The notes under the pieces are model-generated. The model had not been told where the DNA came from. It ran no database searches and was given only the letters and a program-made list of their open reading frames with translations. A stretch of 64,000 bases of DNA from Isurus oxyrinchus (lineage: Eukaryota): NCBI GenBank assembly GCA_026770705.1, contig JANJGN010000021.1:29388001-29452000 (forward strand). Reading direction: 5' to 3'. Every line of letters begins with the position of its first letter. Position 1 is the first letter of the stretch. Made by a program: the position numbers and the translations under genes. Shown here one piece after another: positions 42,631 through 55,716 of the stretch.

Positions 42631-43689
42631 TGTATTATTACTTCTCACCTGTTGGGAAATACCTCAGAATGTTTTTATCTGGAACTAATGAAAAAAAAAG
42701 TCAGTTTGACCCCTCCTGTACTGACATGTTGTACAACCTTATCTTTCATTTAACATCTGTATAGATGGCCCTGCACCTGTGTAGGTGACAGTTATAAAAT
42801 ATAATTTGGAAAAATGCTTAGTTCATAGTCTTTGAGAATTTAGATACAAGTTTCTTCTGGTTCAGAATAAAGCTTGTAGTGCTGAATCAGTTTTGAAACT
42901 GAATGAACAGAGCAAATGATTCTTAGGAGAATATCTAAACTGCCATTATGCTGATTAAATTTATCATGTTTAATGGATTTTACTTCATGAAGTCAATGGT
43001 ATTCAGTATGCTCAGCAGATATTAAGAGGTAGTGCCAATCTCAGTGCCTAACACCAGCAGGATTTGTGGCAGTGTGCAACATAATAAACATAAAGTACTC
43101 ATAACCAACAAAGCTGTGAAACATTAATCAGTTCAAGACAAGGAAGGTGGTTCAGGAAACACCCCCACCCCCCACAGATGACCATGACTTTTGTCAGCCT
43201 TAATTGCATATGTTTTGTCAGTGCTCTACCACACCAGCAGGTGGAGTCATTTGTTAATGCTGTCCTACTGGTTCATCATCATATAGCAGACAATAGTATT
43301 GAAAAGGATGGATGTGATGAAGTAGCCATTTTGAATGAAAAGACTGGGTAAATAACATTTGCCACATACTGCAATAGGAAGCTGGTTCCCTTCCAAAAGA
43401 CAACAAAATAATATAAAATGCACATATTTTGTCCAAATTTGAACATGAAAATCCCTGCCTTGCATCTTTCTTCAATTTTTACCGAAGGATGTGAATTTAC
43501 CTATCTGTCCCAACTCTCACTTCTAGCTAATTATAAAGATTTTTTCTTCCCTTCACAAAAATTTGTACAGCAATAGGTTTACAATTAAAGGAAGATTCAC
43601 TGGTAGAGGCTAACAGCAATGTGAATGAACATGAAGAAAAAGTGAAAAGACTAAAGCGTTTTAATGTAATGTGTTATATTTTATTGCAG

Positions 43690-43863
43690 GGCACAGGCAA
43701 AAACTTGAAGACCAGTCAAAACCAGGCACACTTTTCTCGGATCGTCTAAGTGAATTGGAACGTTACCGCCAGACAGCCATGAGGGTTGGTCCTTCAACGC
43801 CCAGCCCTCGACCTCTTGGAGTGCCCACCCACTTCAGCCCACAAGCTCAAACACAGATGCAGG
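43690..43863 (+). CDS. RUNX3: RUNX3 coding exon 4 ([11 protein letters not shown]...QAQTQMQ)
   Basis: Acceptor ttgcAG|GG, donor CAGG|GTAAGT. 174 nt, phase 1-1. [10 protein letters not shown] and PSTPSPR...HFS.Q.QT..QG match RUNX3 better than RUNX1/2. Confidence 0.95.
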
Positions 43864-44767
43864 GTAAGTGGAACATAAACGTGCCTTTGGGAACAACTCT
43901 GGGAAATCCTTGCAAACAGTCAAAAATTAAAATATTTCCGTACAATGATGCATCATAAAATCAATTAATATAGGGAGTAAGCATGGTTACAAGTTACAAT
44001 AAACACTTCTTTTTGTTTTGGTCGTGAGAAGCTTTTGACATTCCTGTGCGGTGAGTTCAAGCTTTCTTCCTGCATCCAAGTCCCCTAATTTCAGCGTAGC
44101 TTAATCCATGCCCAGATTCACATATGCTTCTTGTGACAGCATTTTATCTAACTTTGTAGAATCCGTGTAAAAAATACTTCTGATAAATGCAGAACTGGAC
44201 TATGTGCAGTATTTATAAAATGCTCCAGTTAAGTATAGCAGGTGAAAGCAGCGTAGAGCCCCCTACAGTACATTGTTCCTATCAGACTTCAGACCATGTA
44301 GTTACTGAACTGAACAACAGCACATTGCATCACTGAAAATGCACAGTAAACCCATTGTTCTCTGTGATATACATCAGCGCTATATCACATATTATTGATG
44401 ACTCCCTGGTAGAAAAACAGTATTATTATAGCACAGGTCTGTTGTCAGTTCTGGCAAAAATATATAATTTATGGTTCTCGGATTATTAAAGATCACAAAA
44501 TAACTTCATTCCAATTCACCATCTACTATAACATGTGTTCATATTACATAGAGAGGTTTACTGCATCACAGCAGCAATTTGCATCATATTTGTTCAAAGT
44601 TATTTACCTAACACTTGAATAATACTTTGAATAATACCTTGGTGTCAGAAAGCTTTTGGAATTCAAAGCAACACAAAGCTGATCACATTATTGATAGTTT
44701 CTGTTCTATCCACTTGTGGTTATATTGCAGACACCTGCATTTTAGCACATTAAAACAAAACAATTTA

Positions 44768-44976
44768 GGAATCACAGAATCTCACAGTGCAGAAGAGGAC
44801 CATCAAGTCTGCACCGACACGTGAGAAACACCTGACCTACCTACCTAATCCCATTTTACGAGCACTTGGCCCATAGCCTTGAATGTTACGACATGCCAAG
44901 TGCTCATCCAGGTAGTTTTTAAAGGATGTGAGGCAACCCGCCTCCACCACCCTCCCAGGCAGTGCATTCCAGACCA
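44768..44976 (-). mobile_element. CR1-type LINE 3' fragment
   Basis: Minus strand reads VWNALPGRVVEA...F.KYLDEHL, then a CR1-like 3' UTR. Confidence 0.7.
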
Positions 44977-46814
44977 AATGAAAATCTTTTTCTTCCATTC
45001 TGTTACCCACAAGAACTTTTCATGACAACGAATCAACAAAATAAATTTATCCCCCTTTCTTTGAGAAGGAATTTCTATTTAGAGTTTAGTGCAGTATTTT
45101 GGTGTATGGTCTCATGAAAAATGACAAATAGTATTAAAAAGTGATGTCAAGAATGGGATATAATTCAGAATTGGCAGGGAGATGTATGGCCTGGACAGTG
45201 TAGATGAACAGGTGTCTAATCCAACCAGAGAATTTCGACAAAAACAGCTCCCCTATTTCATTTGGTCCTCTAGAAATCAAGTTAGAAGCATCTTGTTTAT
45301 TTCCTCTTAATCCAAGCCAAGAATCTGCAATCTCCCAATTAATGAACTACTTTTGACCTAAAACTAGTTTAGAACCCAATTCTACAGCTGCAGTGCACGC
45401 AGATTAAAGTTAATTTGGACCTGAAAGAATAACTTCTTAGTTTTGGCATTTTACTAGACAGATTTCCTGCCATTGCCACTTTTGCTGCATATTTATGATG
45501 TCATATGCAAATACTGTGATGGTTTAATGACACAAATGGCATCTGTGTGTATGCATCATATCCAAACTAAACTGAAAAGCAGTCCTCATGACCACTTGTG
45601 GTTAGTTATATAATTCCTGCCCTTAGCCTGTTTTCATGCACAGGTCTCAATATTCCTTATGCAATAATCTTTCACAATTATAAAATACAAAATTTCCTGA
45701 AAGAATAAGCTAAGCAGCATTAATGGACTTATGGGACAGCGTAACTGTTGATCTTGAGATATATTTGTAATGGAATGCTTGCTTGACTACTCATGCCCTT
45801 GTCCATGTTGCTGCTCTCATACTGCCGGTAATGTACTCCCACGCATGCATTTTTACTTAACAACAAACACACCCACTTTAGTGCGTTTCCAGTCAAAACA
45901 ATTAGACTGGAAGGTGGAGATCAGACCCATTCCTTTTTACATAAAAAAACAAACACACAGCATTCCCTCTGTGGAGCAAAGCAAGCCCAGAATGGAAAAA
46001 GGAAAAATCCTTTTCATATAAACCCAACCAAACTGAGGAGGCAGAGTGTGCTGGCAGATCCATCCCATTCACCCCTTCTTTTGTAATGTTATGAAAATAA
46101 ACGTCACAAAGTATTATAATGTGACTTAGAATTTCATGTAAATAGGAACAAAGAAAATCAAACAAATGTCCTCTGATGTGGTTCTTAATATGGAACACCT
46201 GCTTTCATACTAACTGGATGGTTGGTTAAGATCCTTTGGCTGCCTAATATTCAAATCTCTCTGCCACATGTGCCAAGTGTGTTTTCTTGATCAGTTTGAG
46301 AGAATAGATTCTATAAGGGAGATAAAAAAAATTGAACAGGCTTCTTGCCAAGTGATCATAGACCAGAATTGATAGTGGTCATGGAGAAGTGAGCTGTATA
46401 TAGATCATCCTACCATCCACAGTCCCGGTGAAAGGTAACTCTGATAGGCAATAAAGGAAACAAAGCCTGGAGGAGGGTGGGGTGGGGGTGGGAGCGGAGC
46501 GGTGTTGGGGACGGGGAGGTCAGCTGTTGTATATTTTATATCTCGGAGCAATGCCAAGTTGACACCAGTTCTATGTGTGCAACGGGTTTTAGTCAGTGCT
46601 TTAAAATGTCTACTCCATGCCTACAGCTCGGGCTTCCAGCTTTTCCTACAGTTTGTTTCATTTTCTCTGAGTCCACACCTAGGCTTAACCAATTAAGTAC
46701 ATTGAGCTTGGATCAGTCACCAGACTCTCATAATAAAAAGCACAATTGAAAACTACAGAAAGAACAGATATTAAAGCTGCACAATAAAATCTTCCAAGGA
46801 GAGAGGAAAATGTA

Positions 46815-47300
46815 GAATGTTTTCTTTATCTGTAGCCGATTGGTCTCCAAAGAACGACAAAGTTTTCTGGAACTATATAGTGCTCTGTTCAGATCACATC
46901 TTAAGTACTGCATACTGTTCTGGTCACTGAGATAGGAAGATAGCTAGGTACTGGAAAGGAGCCTTGAGACTGATCTCCAGTGTCACAGGCCAGAGTCATG
47001 AGGAAAGAAAGTAGAAACCCGTGCATTTTATACTTTAAAAGTGACCTTAAAGGTATACAAGCTGATACATGATATGGAAAAAAGATATTTCAAAGTAAAC
47101 CATGACATTAGGACAAGTGGACACAAATTCAAAACAGTCAGCAAGTTTCTTTTACTTCAAGGAGTGGTTACAGGGAACGGAGTTCTGTGTTAGGTAGTGA
47201 AATGGAAAACCCTGGAATCTTTTAAGGAGCAGTTGGATGCCATGATAGGGAGTCTTTCTGGACAAATGAGCTTCAACGGGCCCAATAGGCTTCTTCACCT
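46815..47300 (+). mobile_element. Old CR1-type LINE fragment
   Basis: Degenerate LY.AL.RSHL.YC..FWS and TLESFKEQLD motifs. Confidence 0.55.
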
Positions 47301-48124
47301 TTTTGGAGCTTGCAGCTTTATGCTTTGGTTTGAAAAAGATAATAGGCTAGAAATAGTTGTTGTCAATCTTAGCAGTTAAGATATTTATGTGGTGTATCTC
47401 TGTCCATTATTTTAACTGAGGTGTGAACCCTTGCTTGTTTAAAGAGGCCAACAGCTGCTTTAAGATGATGGGCAGAAGAATAGCAAGCAAGTGTATTGTC
47501 CACTCTTATGCCAAAAGTAATTTATGGCCTCTATGGATTACATTTTAATTGGCAGAGTGTGTTTTAGGTGTTGCCCCCAAAGCAAAAATACAAACAGTGT
47601 GCAGTTATGGAAACTCAAAAGAACAGCCAGGACTGTGATCTTATTAAAAAACAGACTAAAATCTACATAGATTGCAACTCATAATAATGATTACATTACA
47701 CTCAACTCCAGCGAGACAGGAATTAAAAAACATCAGACCATTTGAGCCATTTTCCACAAATCCAATTTCAGGGTTCTTTCTCTGATTTTTTTTTGATTAG
47801 ATCCAGTTTCTGTTATTAATTATGCTTTCTTGTCACCTTGGAGTAATACTGAACCTCCAAAGGACATTGCACCTATTTTCAGGATCCTTTACACTTTTGA
47901 GGTCTGAATATGGTTACAGCATGGCTAACTATCATGGGCTGAGCATATTGTCAAATTGTCAGAGCTATTTTCAGCAAGTAAACAATGCTGAAAGCCATTA
48001 GTACCAATAGTCTGCATCTGACTACCCTACTTGACTTTATACAGCACCATTCTGCCCTGATACAGGTAACACCTCTCACAAATGATGTATGAAAATAGAT
48101 AGACAGATGGACAGACAGATCAAT

Positions 48125-48570
48125 TACCCGTTTATGAAGTGCCTTTCTTGACTTCAGCAGATCCCACAGCAATTCATTTCCAGTGAAGTACTTTTGATGT
48201 GTGATCACAGTTGTAGCGTAGGAAAGGTTAATTTACACACAGCAAGCTCACACAAACAAAGAAATAATGACTAGATGATCTATTTTAGTGTTGCTTATCA
48301 AGAGAAAATGTTGGCCAGAACACTGGGGAGAACTCAACTGCTCTTAGTTGAAAAAATGCTATGGAATCTTCTGTGTCCACTTGAGAGGGAGGGAGGGGGC
48401 TTTAGTTTAACACCTCATTGGAAGACAGCACCTCATCCAAAAGACAGGGCAGCACTCACTCAGTGCTGCAGTAGATGGTCAGCTGTGATAAGTCAAGACA
48501 CTAGAGTGGGACTTGAACCCACAGCCCTATGACTCGGCGATGCGTGCCACTGCTATAGTAATCAGGCTGA
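48125..48570 (-). mobile_element. tRNA-derived SINE (Deu-type, tentative)
   Basis: Minus-strand B box (GTGGGACTTGAACCC on +); body similar to 26485-26910. Confidence 0.65.
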
Positions 48571-50039
48571 TATTTGAAGTGGTACCAAAAGCATCCGCTT
48601 CTACAAAAAAATAGTCACAGCAAAGGACGTAAATAAGTGCAGCACCCAAAATTCAATGGATCGTGCCTTCATACCAGGAACTGGGAAGTTTTATTTTAGA
48701 CTATTCCAGATTTACAATATCCCAGAATATCGATTCTCTAACTCAGAACTTTGCTTGCTATCTGATTCCACAGTTTCATTTGATTCTGTATGGAAAGGCT
48801 GCCTGGAACAAAATCAAGTAAAATAGAACCCATCGGAAATTAAAAATGAAAATCAGCCTGGGCCGAAGCTGGGGCTAACTTCTAACCACACTTGTTACTT
48901 TGTACGGTTACTTCAAATAATAACTGCTGGTGGTGTTGATAATAGAATGTAGTACCCTAAAATTATTTTGCCAAACAAATGAACATAACCTGCCATCAAG
49001 GGAACATGTGGAGAGTTCTTTATTTGCAATTGTATAGAAATCTGCTCCAGCACTGCCCAGATACCCAACTAAAGGAGGACAAGGTCAAGTGGCTAAGTAG
49101 TGGTAGATAGTTTGGAAAAAAGGAGAAGTTTGAGGGTTAAGTGGCAATGGAGGAGGGAGCTGTTTGACAATGAGTGGCAGAAGAAGGACAATAGGATGTG
49201 AGGTTAAGTGTGAGTGAGTGGCTGTGCAGCATCATATTGAGACATTGTGTTGAGGTTGTGACATTTTACTGCCCACACTGCTGTTGCATAACAACAAATT
49301 AGAAATTTCAAAAGTGGAACTCCAGCAATGTGCTAACTCACTATCCTCAATTGTGGTTGCAAACAGATGTGAAGGCCCATTTGGAAAAGTGAGTGTCCGG
49401 CCTGCGATGATGATAAGGTTTTGTTGTGTACTGAATAAGACTAGGACATGTTCAACTGCAGACAGGCATTACTGAACTAATTTGATTTACACCTTCCCAG
49501 CAGAGTGGGCAATATAACAAAATGCTCAGATATTACAATAAACTACATTCCCACCTCACTTAAAAAAAAAACTTTTATATTAAAATGTAAAATGGTATGT
49601 GTACATAATTTCCTAAAATACAATATGACCAAACCAACATCAACAATACCTGAAAATTTAACAGGTTGGGATGCTTACTTGTTTTTACTGTAAGCACAAC
49701 CAAAACATATATGACTGATACTGCAGAATAATTTACATGATAACAAATGTTTTTCCTCAACGTCAGTATGCATTTAACAAAAATATCATTTGATAAGAAA
49801 TAATGAAAAGAGCAACTTTTTTCTTTTTCCTTCCTATATACTTTCACTTAACTTATCTGGAATCTCTCTCTTTCTGTGTGGGTATCTCCTTCCATTTCTA
49901 TTGGCTTGACTTTGCTCTCTTAATGTTTCTGACTGTGCCAAATCTTTGACTTTGACTACCAATACCACATAATGGTTGGGACTGTAACATCAATTGATTC
50001 GTCTTAGTCAAATATTCTGTAATATTGACAAACTTTTGG

Positions 50040-51343
50040 TTTCCTCAGTCTTGCATGCTGTCTGGATATAATCAACTTTCCCAACGGCCTAGCACTTTGA
50101 CTGGAAATGAGGATATTTAAATGGTTGGTGGCTACCATGGCAATGGTAACATGTAAATTTCTGAGTCTAGAACTGTGAACTTGGCTGCTGTGAGCTGAAT
50201 CTTGTTGAAATCTGGTGTACCGCCCATGCTGGCTCAGGCAGAGAACTTACTTGCACACTGCAACTCTCTCTTTCTGCCATTTCCATTGCTGTGGCCTCAT
50301 CACAGGTCTCTTTTGAAGTCAGCTTATTGCTTTTGCCCAAAATCTTTGCCTGGATTTTATTGTTCTTTAGACCTCCTGCAAATGTGTCTCTAAGGTTGAT
50401 TAAGTTCACGCCATATCCACAGTGGCGAGAGTGTTTCTTCAATTCAAGAATGTAATCTGCAGCAGGCTCACTTGGCAACTCTCAATGCAAAAACAGAATT
50501 ACCTGGAAAAACTCAGCAGGTCCGGCAGCATCAGCGGAGAAGAAAAGAGTTGACGTTTCGAGTCCTCATGACCCTTCGACAGAACTGTCGAAGGGTCATG
50601 AGGACTCGAAACGTCAACTCTTTTCTTCTCCGCTGATGCTGCCGGACCTGCTGAGTTTTTCCAGGTAATTCTGTTTTTGTTTTGGATTTCCAGCATCTGC
50701 AGTTTTTTTGTTTTTAACTCTCAATGCAATCTCATTCTCAGTCATGCCATGAGTCCAGAATCTCATTAATTCTAGCATATTCTATGGTACTGGGGTCTTG
50801 CAGGCAACACTGGATTGACACCACCCCAAAAGCATCTGGCCGCATTTTGATGAAGAAAACATTTACTTTATTCTCATTTCCTATTTTATTCATTTTCGGC
50901 CAAATGTGTAACCTTCATTCCTAATTACACCTGTCCTCTTTGTTCGGGTTGAATTCCCCCGTTGTCCCCAAATATGCCTTCAATGCCATTTTTTTTCAGT
51001 TACATACAGCGGTGGCTCACTGTGTACGTGATCACAATGTTCAATGTACACAATCTTTCAAATTGTTCAAACTTCCTCAGAATCAACTATCGGAGTTCCA
51101 AAAATGTGACACAATCTTCTTCAGGTCTTAATTTCTCAAATGAAACGTAATGTAAAAGAAAATTCCATCCCAGCTTTATCGTCATCTTTTTGTTGTGTAT
51201 TGAACTAAGCAAGACTAGCTCAGCTGCAGGTAGCTATTATCGAATTAACTTTATTAACACCTGCACAGTAGAGGGCACAGCAGAGAGGGCAACAAAAAAA
51301 GAAATTCTCAGTTCGAGCAACAGGTTTATATGCTGTTGTTACA
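50040..51343 (-). mobile_element. Decayed Gypsy-like LTR retrotransposon 5' portion (putative LTR end plus gag pseudogene)
   Basis: Minus-strand peptides GIFGDNGEFNPNKED, KVNVF, PSTIEYARINEIL, EPAADYILELKKHSRHCGY..LRDTFAGGLKNNKIQAKIL, and a zinc-knuckle remnant CYHCHGSH...C*AVGKVDYIQTAC. Upstream TG...CA segment 51343-51191 has TATAAA and AATAAA. Confidence 0.75.
50491..50715. mobile_element. Palindromic PLE-derived insertion (perfect 95-bp arms, 2-nt loop, 36-nt tail) with 14-bp TSD
   Basis: 50488-50582 is the exact reverse complement of 50585-50679. TSD AACTCTCAATGCAA at 50477-50490 and 50716-50729. Confidence 0.93.
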
Positions 51344-51402
51344 CTGGAACTTAAGTGCAGAATGGAATCCTATGCTAGAAAATGTCCGGTGTTAGGAGGA
51401 AC

Positions 51403-51998
51403 AAAAACAGAAAATGCTGGAAAAACTCAGCCGGTCTGACAGCATCTGTGGGAGGAGAAACAGAGTTAATGTTTCAGTCTGTATGGCCCTTCTTCAGAGC
51501 TAAAGAGAATTAGAAATGAAATGAAATTTATACTGTTTAAGGGGAGTGGAGCAGGTGAAGCTGGATAGAAGGCCAGTGATAGGTAGGGGTAAAGGAGAGA
51601 TTGACAAAGATGTTGTGAACAAAAAGGACAAAGGGAATGTTAATGGTAGTGGTAAGGGCTCAAAAAAGATGCTGATAGTGGCAAAGGTAAGAAAGCAGAA
51701 TGTGATAATAGCAGGACAAGGGTAAGCACTCTGAAAAGAACAACATGAACATGCAATAGATGGCCCTTGTGGGGGTGGGGTGGGGGGGGGGAAGGTCAAT
51801 GATGGCAAAAAAGGATGGAGAATGGGATAAAAAGGGGAATAAAAAAGGGGTTAGAACAATGAATAAAAATGAAAATAAAAAATAATTTAAAAAATTAAAA
51901 TAAGCGGATAAAAAATAAAAATGAATTTTGAAAAAAGGGATTAAAAAAGGGGGTGAAGATAGAGGGGAGAGTTCATGGTCTGAAGTTGTTGAACTCAA
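51403..51998 (-). mobile_element. 5'-truncated PLE 3' end with 13-bp TSD
   Basis: Minus strand starts with the ORF end IEFNNFRP* then the 3' UTR. TSD TGTTAGGAGGAAC at 51390-51402 and 51999-52011. Confidence 0.88.
51463..51503 (-). ncRNA. Minimal hammerhead ribozyme motif (partly decayed)
   Basis: Minus strand: TAGCT-CTGAAGA-AGGGCC-ATACA-GACT-GAAAC-ATT-AACTC. Confidence 0.55.
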
Positions 51999-53005
51999 TG
52001 TTAGGAGGAACCTTGGTCAGGCAGGACTGGCAAACTGAGCGATTCTGGTGTGGATGTGTGTGACTTTCAGAATTTTCCATTCTAAGAGAGCTTGCTGCAA
52101 ATGTATAGAGCAATAACTGAGCTTGGTTAAATTGGTACCTGGTAGAGCACAGTCACAGGAACGTGCAAAATACATCTCCAGGGAGGCCACCCACACTAAA
52201 AAATATGGTTGGAATAAACACTAAAGCTACTGTGCCTGCTGTGCACATGTAAACTTCTGTGCACACAGACTCAAAGCAGGCACAGTGTAGTGACTGGAAG
52301 GGAAACTTTAACTCTTATGTCTAGCATACACCAGCAGAGGCTAGAGTTAAAACCAGAATGTGTCCATTTCCACCCCGTGGCACCCGCCCCCAGGCAGACT
52401 CTGCATATATTTATGCAAATCAGAGTCCATATTGTGCACAGGAACCCAGTGACTTTTTAAATGCTGAGTGAGTAGGCCTCCTACAATGGCTACCTCGTTT
52501 AGTGAAACTGAGACTGAATGAGGCCACATTGAAACTTTCCCTTGTGGGGCTAAAGAGAGCAGGAATATTCTCCTCTAGGCTTGATGAGGAAAGTCTGGGC
52601 CTCACTGGTCCCTTCTCACTTGAGAGATGCCTGTGAAACCGCCTGTGCTAAAATAGCAAAGGACTGTCATTCTATGGCATTCATCCACTAATATTGCAAC
52701 AACACTTTTTAGACTAGTGTTTTAATGGTTAAGAGATCAGATCAAGGAAGAATTGTAAAGTGGTTGGGCACTTGGAGCAGATGAAGATACAGTGCAATAG
52801 GATCACTTTTGTATGGCCCCAATAAAGAGTTGGCACAGACATGATGGACCAAACCTTGTAAACTTCTTTGGTCTCATGATTTTGTAGTAGTTAACAGAGC
52901 AATCTTCCCTTTGCAGGCCTTTTTGCAAATGGCTCATTTTTAAAGAATCACAGTCAAATATATCTTTGAATCAGTGAGGTTTAACACAAGAAATTCCCAG
53001 ACATT

Positions 53006-53057
53006 GGGCTGCATATTACAGGGGGGTGGATGGCTCACCCCCACCCCCCACTCCCTC

Positions 53058-53147
<90 letters not shown>

Positions 53148-53693
53148 ACCAAATCCCCAAAAAGCCGACTCACTTCACACCAACCACCCCGCAGCCATAA
53201 GGCAGTCTGAGTGAGTTAAGTAGCCACCGGTGGGACTTGCGTTGCTCACCGGGGAGGAATTCCCACCCTCAGGAGCTGCCAGCCAATCAGATTTTGGTGA
53301 GCAGGCAGGTAGGAAGAAAGGAGAGGGTATTGCCCCTTGATGAGCTAAGGGCACTCCCCGAAGACAGTATCCTCTTCCCGCCCTTTTGAATGTTTTTTGT
53401 AAAACTGACCTGCCCACTTCTGCCTGACTGCCCACACCAACCATGTTATGGCGTGGGCAGTGTATTATTAGGGTCAATTGACTTGTTAACCAGCTCAACT
53501 GACCCATGATTATTTATTTAAATTTGGCAGGTGGGCTGCCAAGTTTAACACCTGACTATCTAATATGTTATGGGGGTGAGCTCGGGAGTGGGCAGGCAGG
53601 TGGTGGGATTGGCACCTGCCCTATTTTACATGCCTCATCACCAAAATCATGCCCAGCAAGGAGGGGGTGGGGGGGGGGATGTAAAATCCAGCG
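53006..53693. mobile_element. Non-autonomous TIR DNA element containing a (CA)n tract
   Basis: GGGCTGCATATTACA ... TGTAAAATCCAGCG imperfect terminal inverted repeats. Confidence 0.55.
53060..53144 (+). repeat. (CA)~42 microsatellite
   Basis: Uninterrupted CA run. Confidence 0.98.
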
Positions 53694-53950
53694 TGTTGTA
53701 TTACTCGAGAACTGTCTTCTCACAAATTGTTAATCACGCTTATGTACATGTTGTCAGGAATCATGTTCCTTTTTTATGACATACCCACCCGATGATTGAT
53801 GAATGTGTCTGTCACTCCATGAATCAGGCAGGCAGCAAGGTTTAATGTTTGTTCATCCCAATAAAATGAAAGAATAGTGGCATTTGCTTAATAACCCAGA
53901 GAAAGAGAGATATTCTTTCACAGTTAGTGCATGTTTAAAATCTAACAGCT

Positions 53951-54163
53951 TCACGAAAATGAAAGCAAAATACTGCGGATGCCGGAAATCTGAAATAAAA
54001 ATAGAAAATGCTGGTAAAACTCAGCAGGTCTGGCAGCATCTGTGGAGACAGAAACAGTTAGTGTTTTGAGTCCGTACGACTCTCATACGGATTTGAAGCA
54101 TTAACTCTGTTTCCCTCTCCACAGATGTTGCCAGACCTGCTGAGTTTTTCCAGCATTTTCTAT
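53951..54163. mobile_element. Older palindromic PLE-derived insertion with 10-bp TSD
   Basis: Imperfect arms (AATAGAAAATGCTGG...GAGTCCGTA / TACGGATTT...CCAGCATTTTCTATT). TSD TCTAACAGCT at 53941-53950 and 54164-54173. Confidence 0.88.
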
Positions 54164-55675
54164 TCTAACAGCTGCATAGTTCGACCAAAAGCAGAGACAT
54201 TTAAAAATCCTTAGAGCTTTTTAAAAGCAGATCAATGAAATGTTACTTGCAATCCCTACACACAACCTCCCCTCCGCCCCCCGCATACACTCCTCTCCTG
54301 TCCAAATATTTACTGCACACTTCAAGTTACACTCACTTAAAATTAGAATGGAAATGAAGCTCTTTCTCCTTCTCAGGATAATTTTTCTTTTGTCTCATGC
54401 AAAACAAAGTGGGTTAAGACACTACAGTCATCTCTGGAACCTTAGTTTGAATTGAACCAAAGCAGAGGATATATTCACCATCTCTCACTAACTGGTGGCC
54501 GTACAAGCACTGTCTTCTCACCTCCAGAACCTCAGTTTGAATGTATCCTCAAAAGTAGGGCTATGGTAAACTGGAGAGCATCCTAAATACTGTTTGTTCG
54601 CCTCTGAGACCTTGGAAATTAGGGATGGAAAGTCTTTTTCTCTCCTAAATAAAATGAGCTAGTAAGTACTTGCAGTGCTAAAGTGATAAACTGGGGGACC
54701 AAAGTTTAAGTCTTATTTTTGACTGGCATTTGGCCTCAGGCTTGCCGCAAGAGAATGTACCAATTCTGACTGGTCAGCCAGGCGAGATTTGGGTGGAGAA
54801 TGTGCTCCATTCACATCCTGCTCAAGGACATGCGCTGATGTATTGCCTACAGAGCAGCATTAACAGAGCGTATGGAAATTCTATAACCTGCTCTTTTTCT
54901 TTCTTTTGAAAAAGATACTGCATGTGCCTGTGTTTCTCAGTGCGTACACGTGTGCGCGTGCGCAAGTGAAAGAGCCTGTCCAAAAAGTCATTTCCGTTCT
55001 CATTGCACAAATGTTCCCTCAAATTAAACATTTACTAGGACTAAAGTAACATAAGAAGATTCAAACTAAAAATGAATACGGCTTGAATGTTTAACTGGGT
55101 GGGAGCCAAAACAGTGGAATTAGTTGCCTGACTAAACTCAAAAAGTTATTTCCACAAAATGGGCCGCTGACCAATGTGGTTAGGTTACAGTTACCATTAT
55201 GTTAATAGTCCAGGTAAGGTATTTATCTCTTAGGTTGTGTGTAATTCATGTGTGTGCCGTGACCTGGTCAGAAACAAAAATCCGCCAGTGCTGGGGTCCT
55301 ACTCATTGCTTTAATTTTAGGTCTCTTTGTGCTCAAACAAGCAATTGTTATCACCTATCATCTCCCTCTAATCTGAGACTACACTGAAAAGCTGTATTTT
55401 TTTTATTGGCTTTTAAGAAAGAGCTTTGTGGTGAAGGGCAGTTTCAACTCAATTTATTTATTAGCAGAATTACCTACTTCCATCAAACAAGATCAGTGCA
55501 TTTTGAGAAATTGGCAGTTCTTTATCATCAAAAGATATCACCAAACGTAAATTTGAAACGAAATGATTTCAGAAACTAATGAAAAGCAAAATACCGCAGA
55601 TGCTGGAAATCTGAAACAAAAACAAAAAGAGCTGGAAAAACTCAGCAGGTCTGACAGCATCTGCGGCGAGGAACA

Positions 55676-55716
55676 CAGTTAACGTTTCGAGTCTGTATGG
55701 CTCTTCATCAGAACTA
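55676..55716 (-). ncRNA. Minimal type I hammerhead ribozyme with intact core
   Basis: Minus strand: TAGTT-CTGATGA-A-GAGCC-ATACA-GACTC-GAAAC-GTT-AACTG. Stem I TAGTT/AACTG, stem II GAG.C/G.CTC, palindromic ACGT stem III. Confidence 0.75.

Noticed and set aside
50488-50679. pre-miRNA gene or prokaryotic-type terminator/CRISPR
   Set aside because: Perfect arms, a TSD and homology to PLE termini show a transposon origin; there is no repeat-spacer array and the context is eukaryotic.
52940-53214. His/Thr- or Cys/Val-repeat proteins
   Set aside because: Translation artefacts of the (CA)n microsatellite.
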